From: a virus
Taxonomy: Duplodnaviria; Heunggongvirae; Uroviricota; Caudoviricetes
IMG/VR virus record: IMGVR_UViG_2877982868_000014
DNA: 64,000 nt
Reading direction: 5' to 3' (one strand)
Shown: piece by piece, positions 17,732 to 27,603 of the stretch
Layout: each line of letters opens with the position of its first letter
How positions within the stretch are numbered: the first letter of the stretch is position 1
The notes under the pieces: generated by a model
The model's input: only the letters and a program-made list of their open reading frames with translations
What the model was told of the DNA's origin: nothing
Databases searched by the model: none
Translations under genes and position numbers: made by a program

Positions 17732-18087
17732 GCGCGGGCCTTTTTCGCCTGTTTCGCTTTGTTACCGGTCTTTTTCCGGGGAGCATCCTGTCCGGCTTCA
17801 GCTTCGGCTAAATCTGTACCGGCCACTGCATGAACCACACCCGCCACGCTCCCCGCATCATCAGCAGACGTCTGTAGTATTCGCACAGTGAGGCATGGCT
17901 CCGCCTCCAGTCGGGCAAGCTGCTCCGGGGTGACCTCAACCTGCTGACGTCCACGCGTGAACAGGAACCCCGCACGACGAAACGCCGAACGACTGCAACG
18001 CACTTCTGCCAGCACCGTGACAGAATTGTCACCACTGACCTGAAGACCTGAATCATCTGTTGCTGCCACAGTGTGATGTTCATTCAT
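17728..18087 (-). CDS. Mu gp35-like head-associated protein with Lys-rich tail
   Basis: 119 aa, directly downstream of the major head gene. Confidence 0.6.
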   Translation of the reverse strand: MNEHHTVAATDDSGLQVSGDNSVTVLAEVRCSRSAFRRAGFLFTRGRQQVEVTPEQLARLEAEPCLTVRILQTSADDAGSVAGVVHAVAGTDLAEAEAGQDAPRKKTGNKAKQAKKARA

Positions 18088-18130
18088 ATTTGCCCTCCGC
18101 AGGGGCCGGGCCGTAAACCCGGCTCACCGT

Positions 18131-19078
18131 TTACAGATAATCCGCGACAACCAGCTCCAGCTTGCCCTTCATCTCGTTAGAGACGGTTGCGTTTCCGTCT
18201 GCGAACAGTTCACGCTCCAGCAGCTGCACCGCCTGTTTTTCCAGCGAGGTGGGGACAACAATATGGGTGGGTTTGATGCCGAGTTTGCGGCCACCGTCAG
18301 CGGTAAACTCACGCATGGCTGACCAGCCATGCCACAGCGCATCCAGCGTCAGCGGTGACTGCATCATGTAGGCCATCTGCCAGAAGCCGTAGCCCACATT
18401 GCGACGGGCGGAAGCACCGAACACAAATTCGTTATCGGTGAATGCGCGACCTTCATCGACTTTGGTCTGGGCAACCAGTTCAGCCTTACGGCGATCCTGA
18501 TAAATCAGCGGTTTGATTGCGCGTGAACAGTCGAGCAGATACCAGGCAGGACCGCTGTAATCCGCCTGTGCACCGACAGAGCCGGTTTTTGCCACAAACA
18601 TATTGCTGACCATCTGCGCATCACCGGAGCCATCCACTTTGGGGTAAACCGGGTGTTCGGTATCAAAGAAGTTCTGGCCGTCATAGCAGGCCGCACTGAT
18701 CCCGTCACCCAGTGCAGCAAAGACCAGTTCATCCGGTTGTGCCGCCGCAGCGCGCCCCATCTCCTGGAACAACGGGGAGTAGATGCCAAGATTGTCGTCT
18801 TCGAAGTCATCGCGGCTAATGGCGACGGTGCCTTCGAAGGTTTTGTTCACGATGGCGTAGCCATAGGCTTTCATCTTCTCGATGACGCGGGAGCCGATCC
18901 ACTCACGGAACTGCGGGAACTGCCCCAGCCAGCCGTAGGTGTTGGATTTCGACGTGGACGGCACGGTCATCGCAATTTTCTGGTACTGCGACGGAGCCAT
19001 GGACATCCCGGCCTGAAAATCAGAACGGTAGCCCGTCATCAGGGCGGTGATCATCGCCGGTGTAATCGGGGTAGGCAT
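18131..19078 (-). CDS. major head subunit (Mu T, gp34-like)
   Basis: 315 aa. Recognisable Mu gpT-family sequence, downstream of I. Confidence 0.85.
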   Translation of the reverse strand: MPTPITPAMITALMTGYRSDFQAGMSMAPSQYQKIAMTVPSTSKSNTYGWLGQFPQFREWIGSRVIEKMKAYGYAIVNKTFEGTVAISRDDFEDDNLGIYSPLFQEMGRAAAAQPDELVFAALGDGISAACYDGQNFFDTEHPVYPKVDGSGDAQMVSNMFVAKTGSVGAQADYSGPAWYLLDCSRAIKPLIYQDRRKAELVAQTKVDEGRAFTDNEFVFGASARRNVGYGFWQMAYMMQSPLTLDALWHGWSAMREFTADGGRKLGIKPTHIVVPTSLEKQAVQLLERELFADGNATVSNEMKGKLELVVADYL

Positions 19079-20202
19079 TATTGCATTTCCTCTTTCATTT
19101 TCAGGAACTCGGCTTCGGTTTTACCCAGCAGACGGGCGGCGGCGATATCTTCAGCCGACAGCGCAGCGGTGGCGGTCTTTTTATCCGGCACGGTTACGGT
19201 GTCGGTCTGAAGAGTAGTCAGAGCCGCAACCGGCTGACGGGCGTCAAGCTGTGCAGAAAGTGCCGCAACACCAATCTGTTGTCCGAGTCCTTCCATGTAT
19301 CCGCGTTCGCTTTTGAAAATGCGTCCTTCGGACTCGGCCTTATCCAGCAACTGCTCCAGCGTGGTGCTGCCGTGCTGTGCCGACAGCGCGACATATTCGG
19401 TACGCAGGGCGTTATACGTCTCAACGGGCACATATTTCGTCAGATCAATAGTGCCGCCAGTTGGTGTGCCTTTTGCGGTTTCCAGCTCTGCCGACAAACT
19501 GGCGACCTGTGTTTTCAGGTTGTCGTGTGCATCCGCACGGGTTTTGATCCCGGTGAGGGCAGACAGCGCCGCCGTGCCCAGCTCCGGCGTAAATTCGTCA
19601 CCGTCAGCCACGGTCAGACCGAGCGCCGTCAGCAACTGGCGTAATTGCTCATTCATGGAGGTATCCTTTAAAGGAGGGTTTAAGGCGTTATAAAGGTCAT
19701 CCGCCGACAGCGCGGCGACAGGATTCATGCCGGTCAGACCGGGGTCACCGGTAATAGCCAGCATCCGAAGTTCGACAGGTTCGCCGGTGTTCTCGTCATA
19801 GCCAATCACCGGTGAAAACCAGGGGAATTCGTTATTACGCAGATGTTCAAGGGCCGGAGGGTTCCACTTCGGGCGCACCTCGAAGCCACGCTCTTCACTG
19901 AAGCGAAAATTCTCCGGTGAGGCCATCACAAAACCGGCAGCCGGTGCCTGATGCCCCTTAATCAGGGTCTGGTGGTTGTAGTCAATTTTCACCGGCTGAT
20001 TGAGCGCCACAACCCGGGAGACCATGCGCTCAACGGCTGCATGGTTGATCAGCCAGCCCTCGGCCGGTTTTTCCGGGCGACCGTCACGGGCCTTTACCCG
20101 ACCGGCTGGCATGATCTGACACCAGTCACCGTCCCCGTCTGCGGACAGGCTGATGGCATTCAGAATGGCATAAGCAAGTTTGGGCGTGTTTTTCGTCTTC
20201 AT
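19078..20202 (-). CDS. head protease/scaffold (Mu I, gp32-like)
   Basis: 374 aa. N-terminal protease-like region, then an Ala-rich coiled-coil scaffold-like C-terminus. Confidence 0.8.
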   Translation of the reverse strand: MKTKNTPKLAYAILNAISLSADGDGDWCQIMPAGRVKARDGRPEKPAEGWLINHAAVERMVSRVVALNQPVKIDYNHQTLIKGHQAPAAGFVMASPENFRFSEERGFEVRPKWNPPALEHLRNNEFPWFSPVIGYDENTGEPVELRMLAITGDPGLTGMNPVAALSADDLYNALNPPLKDTSMNEQLRQLLTALGLTVADGDEFTPELGTAALSALTGIKTRADAHDNLKTQVASLSAELETAKGTPTGGTIDLTKYVPVETYNALRTEYVALSAQHGSTTLEQLLDKAESEGRIFKSERGYMEGLGQQIGVAALSAQLDARQPVAALTTLQTDTVTVPDKKTATAALSAEDIAAARLLGKTEAEFLKMKEEMQ

Positions 20203-20378
20203 TCCGGCAGCATAAGCCGGGAATTTTCAGGGCGGGTTTTGCGGGATTTCAGGAAGTGCTTCCAGGGGAAAAATACAAAGGCGCTTCACGCAGATTTTAA
20301 AGCCCGTTAAATACAGGTTAGAAAATCACGACACGCGCCTGAAGGGGGTAAGGTAATGCATTTGCATACCTTAAACAA

Positions 20379-20852
20379 TTAAGGCGTTTCTGTGGCCTTT
20401 TTAAAGCGTTTTCTGATTTCGTCCATGATCTCCTGCTCTGCCACCTGATCAAAGCCCATATACGGACGTGCACCAATGGCCGCCGGTCCAGGCGGCATAC
20501 CTGGCAGGCCACCCCACTGATGAATGGCCGCATAAGGCTCATTTGATCCAATCAGCGCCCAGGTATCGCCATAATCCGTGGTCAGGCGTCGGGCCAGATC
20601 GCCGTTCAGCGTCAGGATTTTGCCGGGCATGTATCCCTTACGGGTACGCCACTTGCGGTAAGGATCTGACCAGTCATGCCAGCGTTCGCCGTCCGGCTCT
20701 TTTTCCTGTTCAAACGCCATTTCTGACGATGACAGAAGACTCGCCGCCACACTGCGGGCCAGGTCTTTCCCTCCACCCACAAACTGAAGCCGGGCAAAGA
20801 CCCGCTGGAGACGCGTAACGTCAACAACGACAGCGGCATCAATGGATGACAT
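20379..20852 (-). CDS. virion morphogenesis protein (Mu G, gp31-like)
   Basis: 157 aa, in the Mu G position. Confidence 0.75.
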   Translation of the reverse strand: MSSIDAAVVVDVTRLQRVFARLQFVGGGKDLARSVAASLLSSSEMAFEQEKEPDGERWHDWSDPYRKWRTRKGYMPGKILTLNGDLARRLTTDYGDTWALIGSNEPYAAIHQWGGLPGMPPGPAAIGARPYMGFDQVAEQEIMDEIRKRFKKATETP

Positions 20853-20892
20853 ATTGCCTCCGCATAAAGGATGAATATAAAATAAACAGGCG

Positions 20893-20972
20893 GTCAGTGT
20901 ACGCTTAACTGGTAAAGTCGGTGCCTGCCTCCGGGTGGATCATGTATGCGGGTTCAACCCCCGCCACTGACC
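20893..20972 (+). other. tRNA-like element / degenerate tRNA pseudogene, antisense to the late operon
   Basis: 7-bp acceptor-like helix GTCAGTG/CACTGAC (extendable to 9 bp). Directly adjacent T-arm GCGGG-TTCAACC-CCCGC. D-arm-like GCTT-AACTGGTA-AAGT with the GG. No anticodon stem can be folded. Confidence 0.35.
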
Positions 20973-20973
20973 G

Positions 20974-22305
20974 TTAATCAATATCTCCTTCCAGTACCTC
21001 AAGCATTCCACCCCGGATATCCGATTTCAGCTTATCCATATTGATAACCCGGTAAGCATTCACAATCACATCCAGTTTATCCGGCTGACGCTTCAGGCTG
21101 TACGGCGCATTAACGGCAATCTGCACACTGCTATCCTTACTTTCCACGATATACATCAGATTGTTGTGGCGTTTGTCCCACAGCACCGCTTTTGGCTTTG
21201 CCAGCATTGCCGGTAATCGACCGAAATCCTCCGGCGTCAGGGCGATACCGTCATTCTGATGTTTCATGCTGTCCGCATGGAGCACATTTTTACCGCTCAT
21301 CGCCAGCAGGCGGGCCGGTGGCGTTCCCGTCCGGCTTTCCACCGCCTGCGCAATACTTTCGGTCATAAAGCCCAGCGTGCGGATATCGTTACCGCCTCGC
21401 CGGGTTTTCATGATGTTTTTTGCCCAGATGCGGAACGCCAGCTGCCGCTCCGGGCTGTTGTTCATCTCCTGCACCACCATTTCCCGCAGCGCCGGGCTTT
21501 TCACCTCGATCAGTTTACGGATCAACGCCTGGTCTGTGCCGAACGCCGCCGAGCCGGGGTTATATGACCAGCCCACATCCGGTGTCATGGTTCTGGTGCC
21601 ATCTGAATATGTGGTCACCGGCATTTCTCTGACTTCTCCGGTCTGCTTATCCACGCCAGCCTCAACATTGCGGGTGGAAAGATGATCCTGACCGGATGAA
21701 ACAGACAGCCCCATCGCATCCAGACGGGCCTGAGACAATGGCCGGACACGGCAGCGGCAGTTCCAGCCATTGGGTGGGTAGTGTGTATTCCAGAACGGAT
21801 CGTCATAGCGGAATACCAGCCCGTTAAGGGCGGAATGCGCCGGGCGGGTGCGGCTGTCCATCACCGCCACATACTGCCAGAACGGATGCGTGTCCGTGTT
21901 GTTCATCATCTGCGTGTAACGCCCGGCATTGTAAGCCACGCGGGTGTTCACGTTGTAAATCAGCGCCAGACGGCGGGGACTGCCCAGTTGCACTTCTTCT
22001 GCGTTACCGGCGCTGTCCACCACAATCTGCTTTCCCCACCATCCCAGCTTTTGCAGGCGGGGTGTCAGTGTGCGGATAAATGCTTTCTGTGAAATCCCCT
22101 CATCAACAGCACGCTGCACTTCCGCCTGTAGTGTGGTCAGTACGTCCAGGCGTGCCGCTTTTGCCGCCGTGAATGAACGGGCATGAACATCCGCGTCTGT
22201 TTCGAACCAGTTCCAGCTGATATGCGCCCCTTTGGCGCGGAAGTATGCCACCGCCTCTTTTGAGGGAAGCGTGGCGGCATAACCTAAATCAATCCCCTGT
22301 GCCAT
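20974..22305 (-). CDS. head morphogenesis protein (Mu F, gp30-like)
   Basis: 443 aa, downstream of and overlapping the portal gene. Confidence 0.8.
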   Translation of the reverse strand: MAQGIDLGYAATLPSKEAVAYFRAKGAHISWNWFETDADVHARSFTAAKAARLDVLTTLQAEVQRAVDEGISQKAFIRTLTPRLQKLGWWGKQIVVDSAGNAEEVQLGSPRRLALIYNVNTRVAYNAGRYTQMMNNTDTHPFWQYVAVMDSRTRPAHSALNGLVFRYDDPFWNTHYPPNGWNCRCRVRPLSQARLDAMGLSVSSGQDHLSTRNVEAGVDKQTGEVREMPVTTYSDGTRTMTPDVGWSYNPGSAAFGTDQALIRKLIEVKSPALREMVVQEMNNSPERQLAFRIWAKNIMKTRRGGNDIRTLGFMTESIAQAVESRTGTPPARLLAMSGKNVLHADSMKHQNDGIALTPEDFGRLPAMLAKPKAVLWDKRHNNLMYIVESKDSSVQIAVNAPYSLKRQPDKLDVIVNAYRVINMDKLKSDIRGGMLEVLEGDID

Positions 22306-23887
22306 CCAGCATCCCCTTCATTTCCGCAGCAAACATGGCATCACTGAGCAGCGTCATCAGGCGGGAATCATCCATTTCACGGTAAAGGGCAGGCAGGTCT
22401 GCCAGTGCCTCCGCCAGCCCCCGCGTTCTGATGGCTTCAATGACCGGCTCCAGTACCGGGTCGATGGCCTCCTGTAACCGGCGGGCAGGCACCGCGTCCC
22501 CCATGTCGTCCAGTTCATCTCGGGGGCTGCTCTTCGCTTCCGGCAGTCTGGCAGCCAGCGCTGTCTGCTCTGTCTTCTCCTGTTTTTCCGGTGGCATCTC
22601 TTTGTCTGTCTGAGCAGGTTCATTGCCACTCTGACGGACACGGAAGATGGCTTCACCGGGGGCAGGCTGTGGAATACCGGTCTGCTCCCGTACCCAGGGA
22701 TCAGGAATATCCATCCCCGTACTGAGCTGCATCACCGCACTGGTGATTTTGGTGATATCCCCCGGCTCTTTTGTCTGGAAACAGATACGCGGCAGGCGAC
22801 GGATATCTATGGCGTGGGCGGTGTTCAGGGCATACAGCGGATACACCAGATCGCGGTTCAGCGTGGCGGCCAGCTGACGTAAATCAGAATCCCTGATTTC
22901 CCGGCGCACCTCGTTATGCACTTCACCCAGCGAGCGCGCGCCCTTGTCTCCGGCTTCCGTGGTCAGCGTGCCGCCGAGGATAGCTTTGGAGATGGAACGC
23001 TCCCCCCACGAAATCATGGTTTCAAACGGATCGGCCTGACCGTTCGCTGCCGCCTGAAACTCCAGCGACATCCCGGCCGGGATGATCCCGCCTGTACGTC
23101 GACCGATATCCATCACCGCCCGCATCAGGGCGCTTTTCTGCTCCGGTGTTGCCCCGGACGGGTATTTCCCGACCTTCATCGGCAGGCCGTACACCTCCAG
23201 AAATTCAGCCAGATCACGCACGGAATAGTTTTTGAAAATGAACGGCCAGATAAGCGTCCTGACAAGCCCCGTTGCGCCGCCGTAACCGGTGCGTGAACGT
23301 GACTGATGCACTATCCAGCCAAAGGGCTGAAACGCCACCCCGGCATGGCTGCCGTCACGCAGCCGCAGTTCGCTCAAATCATCCGGGTTAAGGCAGAAAT
23401 GCCCGCTGTCACGCCAGCGGATGGCGCGGATGATGTGCATTTTACCGAGCATCCCGTGCTCAATCTCCATACAGGAATAGCCCTTCAGGATGGCATCGGT
23501 GGCATCAAACAGCATGGCATCAAACCAGTCGGCGGAATGAAGATATTCGTCGAGCATTTCCGCGTCCTTTTTCTCATTCGCGCTGGCGTTCGGTGGCGGC
23601 TCAATACTCCAGGGCACGCCCTGAATGGCAAGACGTCGCTTGCCCAGCTCTGCAAAAAGGTGGGTATCCTTTTCTTCAATGTCAGCGGCCAGATCGGACT
23701 GGGCAATCAGATCGCCACGTTCAGCCCCGCGAAGGCACTGCGCCGCCCGGTTCGGGGTGATACCCGAGGCCGGATGTTCAATATAACGGCTGGCAATCTG
23801 CGGAATATCCAGCACGGCACTCTGCATCTCCGGGTCAAAGGAGAAAGGTTTTCCGTCAAGATCAATTATGCGTCCCACTACCAGCAC
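22289..23887 (-). CDS. portal protein (Mu gp29-like, DUF935-type)
   Basis: 532 aa, downstream of the large terminase gene. Confidence 0.85.
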   Translation of the reverse strand: MLVVGRIIDLDGKPFSFDPEMQSAVLDIPQIASRYIEHPASGITPNRAAQCLRGAERGDLIAQSDLAADIEEKDTHLFAELGKRRLAIQGVPWSIEPPPNASANEKKDAEMLDEYLHSADWFDAMLFDATDAILKGYSCMEIEHGMLGKMHIIRAIRWRDSGHFCLNPDDLSELRLRDGSHAGVAFQPFGWIVHQSRSRTGYGGATGLVRTLIWPFIFKNYSVRDLAEFLEVYGLPMKVGKYPSGATPEQKSALMRAVMDIGRRTGGIIPAGMSLEFQAAANGQADPFETMISWGERSISKAILGGTLTTEAGDKGARSLGEVHNEVRREIRDSDLRQLAATLNRDLVYPLYALNTAHAIDIRRLPRICFQTKEPGDITKITSAVMQLSTGMDIPDPWVREQTGIPQPAPGEAIFRVRQSGNEPAQTDKEMPPEKQEKTEQTALAARLPEAKSSPRDELDDMGDAVPARRLQEAIDPVLEPVIEAIRTRGLAEALADLPALYREMDDSRLMTLLSDAMFAAEMKGMLDGTGD

Positions 23888-25542
23888 CCCCGATCAAATT
23901 CATGATATGCCTCATCGTCATCACGATAACCGCCCTCCATGGCCCGCGACCGCTCCGGCAGCGCCTGACAGGCTGATTCATCCAGGATGAAACCCTCCAT
24001 GTATGACGCCCGGTTTGCCATACAGAGCGCCACGGCAAAATCACCATGGCGGCGGGCGTTCACAGCCGTTGCGTTCTGGTCCTTCGTGCGCCCCTTGTCG
24101 ATTTGCGGGATACCGTTCACCACCTTCACATGGCGCAAATCATCAAGCGTGGTCTGATGGCGGGCGACGAGGATATTCTGATCCTCAAACTCGGCCTTCA
24201 GTTTTGGCATCCACTCGCCATACCACTTCGGCGATAACATCACGCAGTCGATGATGTCCGGGCCAAAGGCCAGCAGCGCGGCTTCGGCCAGATAGCCGCC
24301 GTTACCGGTGGCGTCGAACGCCGCACCGACCAGCGCCGGAACGCGGGTCAGGATGTACATCATCACCTGCTCCTGCTGGGCATACGGCAGGTTGCGCAGC
24401 TCCACGCGAAACACCTCGCGTTTTGCCAGGGATTCAGTGATTTCCAGCAGCACAAAGCAGGACAGGTCTCCGGTGCGGGCAAAGTCTTCCCCGAAGCTGA
24501 AGCGGGAACGGGGATTTAACGCCTCTAAAAGCGGTTTTAAATGTTCTTCACACCAGGTTAAAACCTCCGATTCACGCAGCCATGCGGCACGGCTGATGAA
24601 GTCGTCCGGGGCTTCAAACGTCAGAATCGGGATGTCGCGGATCATCGCCATTTCAATAAGCGCGTGAGGAATATAGGCACCGCCGGATTTTTTCGGGATA
24701 CAGCCGTATTCCTCGTCGGCATCCTCACGGGTCGGGGCGTTTTTGTAGAGATCATCACGCCACTTCTGCTCGCTTTCCGGTGACCATTCGCGGCCGGTGA
24801 CATAACAGATACGACGGTACAGCCCGTCCGCAATGGCATCATCCAGGGTAATGCGGTGGACGCTGTAATCCTTGCGCCCCTCGCGGGCTTCCTGAATGTA
24901 CTGATTAAACAGATTATCGACGCCGTTATGCGTGGAGATAATACGCACGCGCGCGCCCCACATGGTAAGCGCCATTGCCGCCTTGAGAAGCTCATCCAGT
25001 GACTCGTGGAACGCGGCTTCATCAATCACCACATCCCCCTGAAGGCCGCGCAGGTTTGACGGACGGGAAGACAGTGCCTGAATTTTGAATCCACTGTTCG
25101 GAAAGCGGATCATGTAGGTCAGAATTTCTTCTTTTTTATCCCGATCCCAGAAGGTCTGCTCATACACATCAGCATCTGCCAGCTGGTTAAAGGCACGGGA
25201 GAACAGTGCGCAGGCAGAAATATATTCCAGCGCCATCTCCTGCTTTGACCCCACATAAAACACATTGCGGCCACCACGCCGCTTCGGTTTTGCAGCGGTA
25301 ATGACGTTACGCCCGGCTTCCGCCCAGGTAAGCCCGGTGCGGCGGGATTTTTCCGCGATGCAGACCTCGCTTTCATCCTCAAACCAGCGGGCCTGATAAT
25401 CCAGAAACACCGGCATATCACCGGGCAAATCAAGGCTGTCCGGCACATCCACGCCCAGCAGGGCTTTTTCACCGGCCAGATCAATTTTGCGGGTGGAGAC
25501 GGTATTCGTCAGTAAGGGTGAGAGTTCTTCGGCGTTATTCAT
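23878..25542 (-). CDS. terminase large subunit (Mu gp28-like)
   Basis: 554 aa, in the Mu gp28 position. Confidence 0.85.
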   Translation of the reverse strand: MNNAEELSPLLTNTVSTRKIDLAGEKALLGVDVPDSLDLPGDMPVFLDYQARWFEDESEVCIAEKSRRTGLTWAEAGRNVITAAKPKRRGGRNVFYVGSKQEMALEYISACALFSRAFNQLADADVYEQTFWDRDKKEEILTYMIRFPNSGFKIQALSSRPSNLRGLQGDVVIDEAAFHESLDELLKAAMALTMWGARVRIISTHNGVDNLFNQYIQEAREGRKDYSVHRITLDDAIADGLYRRICYVTGREWSPESEQKWRDDLYKNAPTREDADEEYGCIPKKSGGAYIPHALIEMAMIRDIPILTFEAPDDFISRAAWLRESEVLTWCEEHLKPLLEALNPRSRFSFGEDFARTGDLSCFVLLEITESLAKREVFRVELRNLPYAQQEQVMMYILTRVPALVGAAFDATGNGGYLAEAALLAFGPDIIDCVMLSPKWYGEWMPKLKAEFEDQNILVARHQTTLDDLRHVKVVNGIPQIDKGRTKDQNATAVNARRHGDFAVALCMANRASYMEGFILDESACQALPERSRAMEGGYRDDDEAYHEFDRGCW

Positions 25543-26123
25543 CAGGCTTTACCCAACAGAATCCCCTTAATACGGGACTCAAGCTGTTCACTCATCCCGT
25601 CCACGCCGCGCAGCTCGTCGGTGACCGCGTTTGCCATCTCTTCAGCAAATGCGGCCCGGATTTCTTTTTCACGCTTAATGCTGCGCTCGGCGGCACTTTC
25701 CGCACGCTGTGCTGACAGGAGGATGTCTTTGATGAGGCGCATATCCACGTCGCTGTCGCTGTTCAGAGATTCGGTCGCGGCACGCAGGCGGCGGTACATC
25801 AGGGCGCGGGACATTTCCAGAATCAGCGCTGTGGTTTCACCGGTTGGCTTGTCCCCCAGTTCGGCCATCATGGCTTTTGTCTGCTCGCGTAAATCACGCA
25901 GGTTACGGGCAATCAGCTCATTACGGGAGGCTTCCCGGCTGATGGCCGCCGGTGAAAGCTGCTGCTCTTCCGGCAGGCCCGCCTCTCGGATCAGACGGTT
26001 GATTTCCTCGCGGATCTGGACCTGCGTCAGACGTTTTTCACGCAGCATTTCCAGCAGCGGCTTACGGATGCTGTCGGGGAGCAAATCCACCTTGCGTACA
26101 CGACCACGCGTCGGCTTGTCCAT
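25542..26123 (-). CDS. terminase small subunit candidate (Mu gp27-like, DUF3486-type)
   Basis: 193 aa. N-terminal HTH-like region. Directly upstream of the large subunit with an ATGA-type junction. Confidence 0.7.
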   Translation of the reverse strand: MDKPTRGRVRKVDLLPDSIRKPLLEMLREKRLTQVQIREEINRLIREAGLPEEQQLSPAAISREASRNELIARNLRDLREQTKAMMAELGDKPTGETTALILEMSRALMYRRLRAATESLNSDSDVDMRLIKDILLSAQRAESAAERSIKREKEIRAAFAEEMANAVTDELRGVDGMSEQLESRIKGILLGKA

Positions 26124-26125
26124 CG

Positions 26126-26416
26126 TTACCCCCTTGCGCGTGGTTTCTTCACACCCGGAACGCAGGCCCGGCCTTCCGCCACATCCTGCCCACGACCGGT
26201 CAGTTCCGCGATGAAATAACCGTTAATCAGAACGCGTTTGCGCACCAGTCCCTGCTCGGCAAGCCAGGCAATGTGGGTGTGAACGGTGTCGCGGGACACG
26301 CGGTGGCCGTAATCATCCAGACAGTCCTGGAGCACGGATTCACCCAGTTCACCGTTGTAATCTGCCAGCGACCGCAGAATGACCAGACGCTGATCTTCAG
26401 TAATGAAATCACTCAT
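26126..26416 (-). CDS. Mu gp26-like small winged-helix-like protein
   Basis: 96 aa, in the Mu gp26 position. Confidence 0.55.
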   Translation of the reverse strand: MSDFITEDQRLVILRSLADYNGELGESVLQDCLDDYGHRVSRDTVHTHIAWLAEQGLVRKRVLINGYFIAELTGRGQDVAEGRACVPGVKKPRARG

Positions 26417-26721
26417 TGCGTTTTTTTCCTTACAGCCTGCTCCAGCAGCAGTTCGTTCTGATAGGAGACAGAGCGGAGCGTGGCGTTCGTGGTTTTCAGT
26501 TCACCCCGCAGGGTCACGATTTCCACATTCAGACGGTTGACCTCGGCTTCTGTCGGCAGTGACGACAGGCGGGTTTCCACCTTCTCAACGCGGTCGGAGA
26601 GTTTTTCAAAGGCCTCGCGGGGGACAAACGTTTTGCGCATCAGCGCCATGAATATCCCGCCAGCGGTTGCCGTCGCCGAAAGGATCGGCACAACATAATC
26701 TTTAACGATGCTGACCCACAT
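26413..26721 (-). CDS. membrane-anchored coiled-coil protein (Mu gp25-like, DUF2730-type)
   Basis: 102 aa. N-terminal TM segment (VVPILSATATAGGIFMALM), then coiled coil. Confidence 0.65.
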   Translation of the reverse strand: MWVSIVKDYVVPILSATATAGGIFMALMRKTFVPREAFEKLSDRVEKVETRLSSLPTEAEVNRLNVEIVTLRGELKTTNATLRSVSYQNELLLEQAVRKKTQ

Positions 26722-26929
26722 TACGGGCCTCCATGATGTTCTGGCAGTTCACACAACGGATGGCATCAGGCACAGCAACAAGACGTGCGGCGGGGATCTC
26801 TCCACCACAGTCCGCGCAGACACGTCTGCCCGGCGTATCCACTGCCTGGCGCTTACGTGTCAGCCGGTTACAAAGGGCGCGTTCTGATCCCCGCTCCATC
26901 ACAGCCTGAGCACGATCTGAATCATCCAT
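26702..26929 (-). CDS. TraR/DksA-family C4 zinc-finger protein
   Basis: 75 aa. CADCGGEIPAARL...CVNCQ four-Cys motif typical of the phage TraR family. Confidence 0.75.
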   Translation of the reverse strand: MDDSDRAQAVMERGSERALCNRLTRKRQAVDTPGRRVCADCGGEIPAARLVAVPDAIRCVNCQNIMEARNVGQHR

Positions 26930-26938
26930 ACCTTTTCC

Positions 26939-27310
26939 TTACTTCGTTTTTCCTGCCGGAACAGCAGGCGTTCCGGCCATATCAGTAAATTCATGTTGTC
27001 GCCGCGTCTCCAGACGACGAATACTGGCCTTGTCCACGTTGCAGTTCTTGATCACCGCCAGCAGTTGCAGGTTGTAAGTGACCGATGCCCCAAACGTGAA
27101 CGGCTCCGGCGCAGGAGGGACTAGGCAGTCAGCCAGCCATTCAGCGGGGATCGGCACCGGCTTCACAGGCACGTATTTCACAGACGGCCCGGCGCACCCG
27201 ATCAGCCACATCATCAGGAACAGGGGCAGAGGCCGCAGGCACTGCTGCCAGCGACCGGCGGACAACGCTCTGCTGCCCCTCGCTGTGCTGAATGTTCTGT
27301 TGTTTTTCAT
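26939..27310 (-). CDS. o-spanin (outer-membrane lipoprotein subunit)
   Basis: From MKNNRTF... Signal-like LPLFLMMWLIGC with lipobox Cys, Pro-rich mature part. The 5' end overlaps the i-spanin gene out of frame. Confidence 0.6.
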   Translation of the reverse strand: MKNNRTFSTARGSRALSAGRWQQCLRPLPLFLMMWLIGCAGPSVKYVPVKPVPIPAEWLADCLVPPAPEPFTFGASVTYNLQLLAVIKNCNVDKASIRRLETRRQHEFTDMAGTPAVPAGKTK

Positions 27311-27530
27311 TCGTGGCCGCCTCACTGATTTGTGAAATGAGTTGCAGGGTGTGCTGCTGATTTGCCAGCACCTGACGCGCCTCATCCCGCTCACGCACAA
27401 GCACCTGATTATTGTCTTCAAGGCGCTGCGTCTTCTGGTGCATTCCCCATATCGCGGCAACCAGTACAGCGATAATCCCCAGCGCCGCCATGCACGCCCC
27501 GGCAATCAGGGCCGGTAAGGCATTATTCAC
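27141..27530 (-). CDS. i-spanin (Rz-like), start uncertain
   Basis: N-terminal TM segment (ALIAGACMAALGIIAVLVAAIW), then coiled coil. Candidate starts are the GTG at 27530 or the ATG at 27491. The ORF-track start at 27662 overlaps lys and was discarded. Confidence 0.6.
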   Translation of the reverse strand: MNNALPALIAGACMAALGIIAVLVAAIWGMHQKTQRLEDNNQVLVRERDEARQVLANQQHTLQLISQISEAATNEKQQNIQHSEGQQSVVRRSLAAVPAASAPVPDDVADRVRRAVCEIRACEAGADPR

Positions 27531-27603
27531 CGCAGCCACAGGACACCCCGTAACAGCAGTACCGCACACAGCAGCGCTATCATGATCGGTCGCCAGAAGC
27601 GGT

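Noticed and set aside
20893-20972. Calling the tRNA-like element a functional tRNA gene
   Set aside because: No anticodon stem-loop can be folded, the D stem has a mismatch, and the variable region would be about 10 nt. It is kept only as a tRNA-like element or pseudogene.
20974-21500. Possibility that the Mu F-like protein carries a C-terminal polymorphic toxin domain
   Set aside because: Its total length (443 aa) is normal for Mu F homologues, no downstream immunity-like ORF is present, and I recognise no toxin motif.
25621-26214. 197-aa Ser/Arg-rich plus-strand ORF
   Set aside because: It is antisense to the Mu gp27-like gene and has a shadow-ORF composition.
27492-27603. Tiny hydrophobic ORF (MIALLCAVLLLRGVLWLR) between lys and the i-spanin as a holin
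   Set aside because: It has only 18 codons and no SD, and it overlaps possible alternative i-spanin starts. The support is insufficient.
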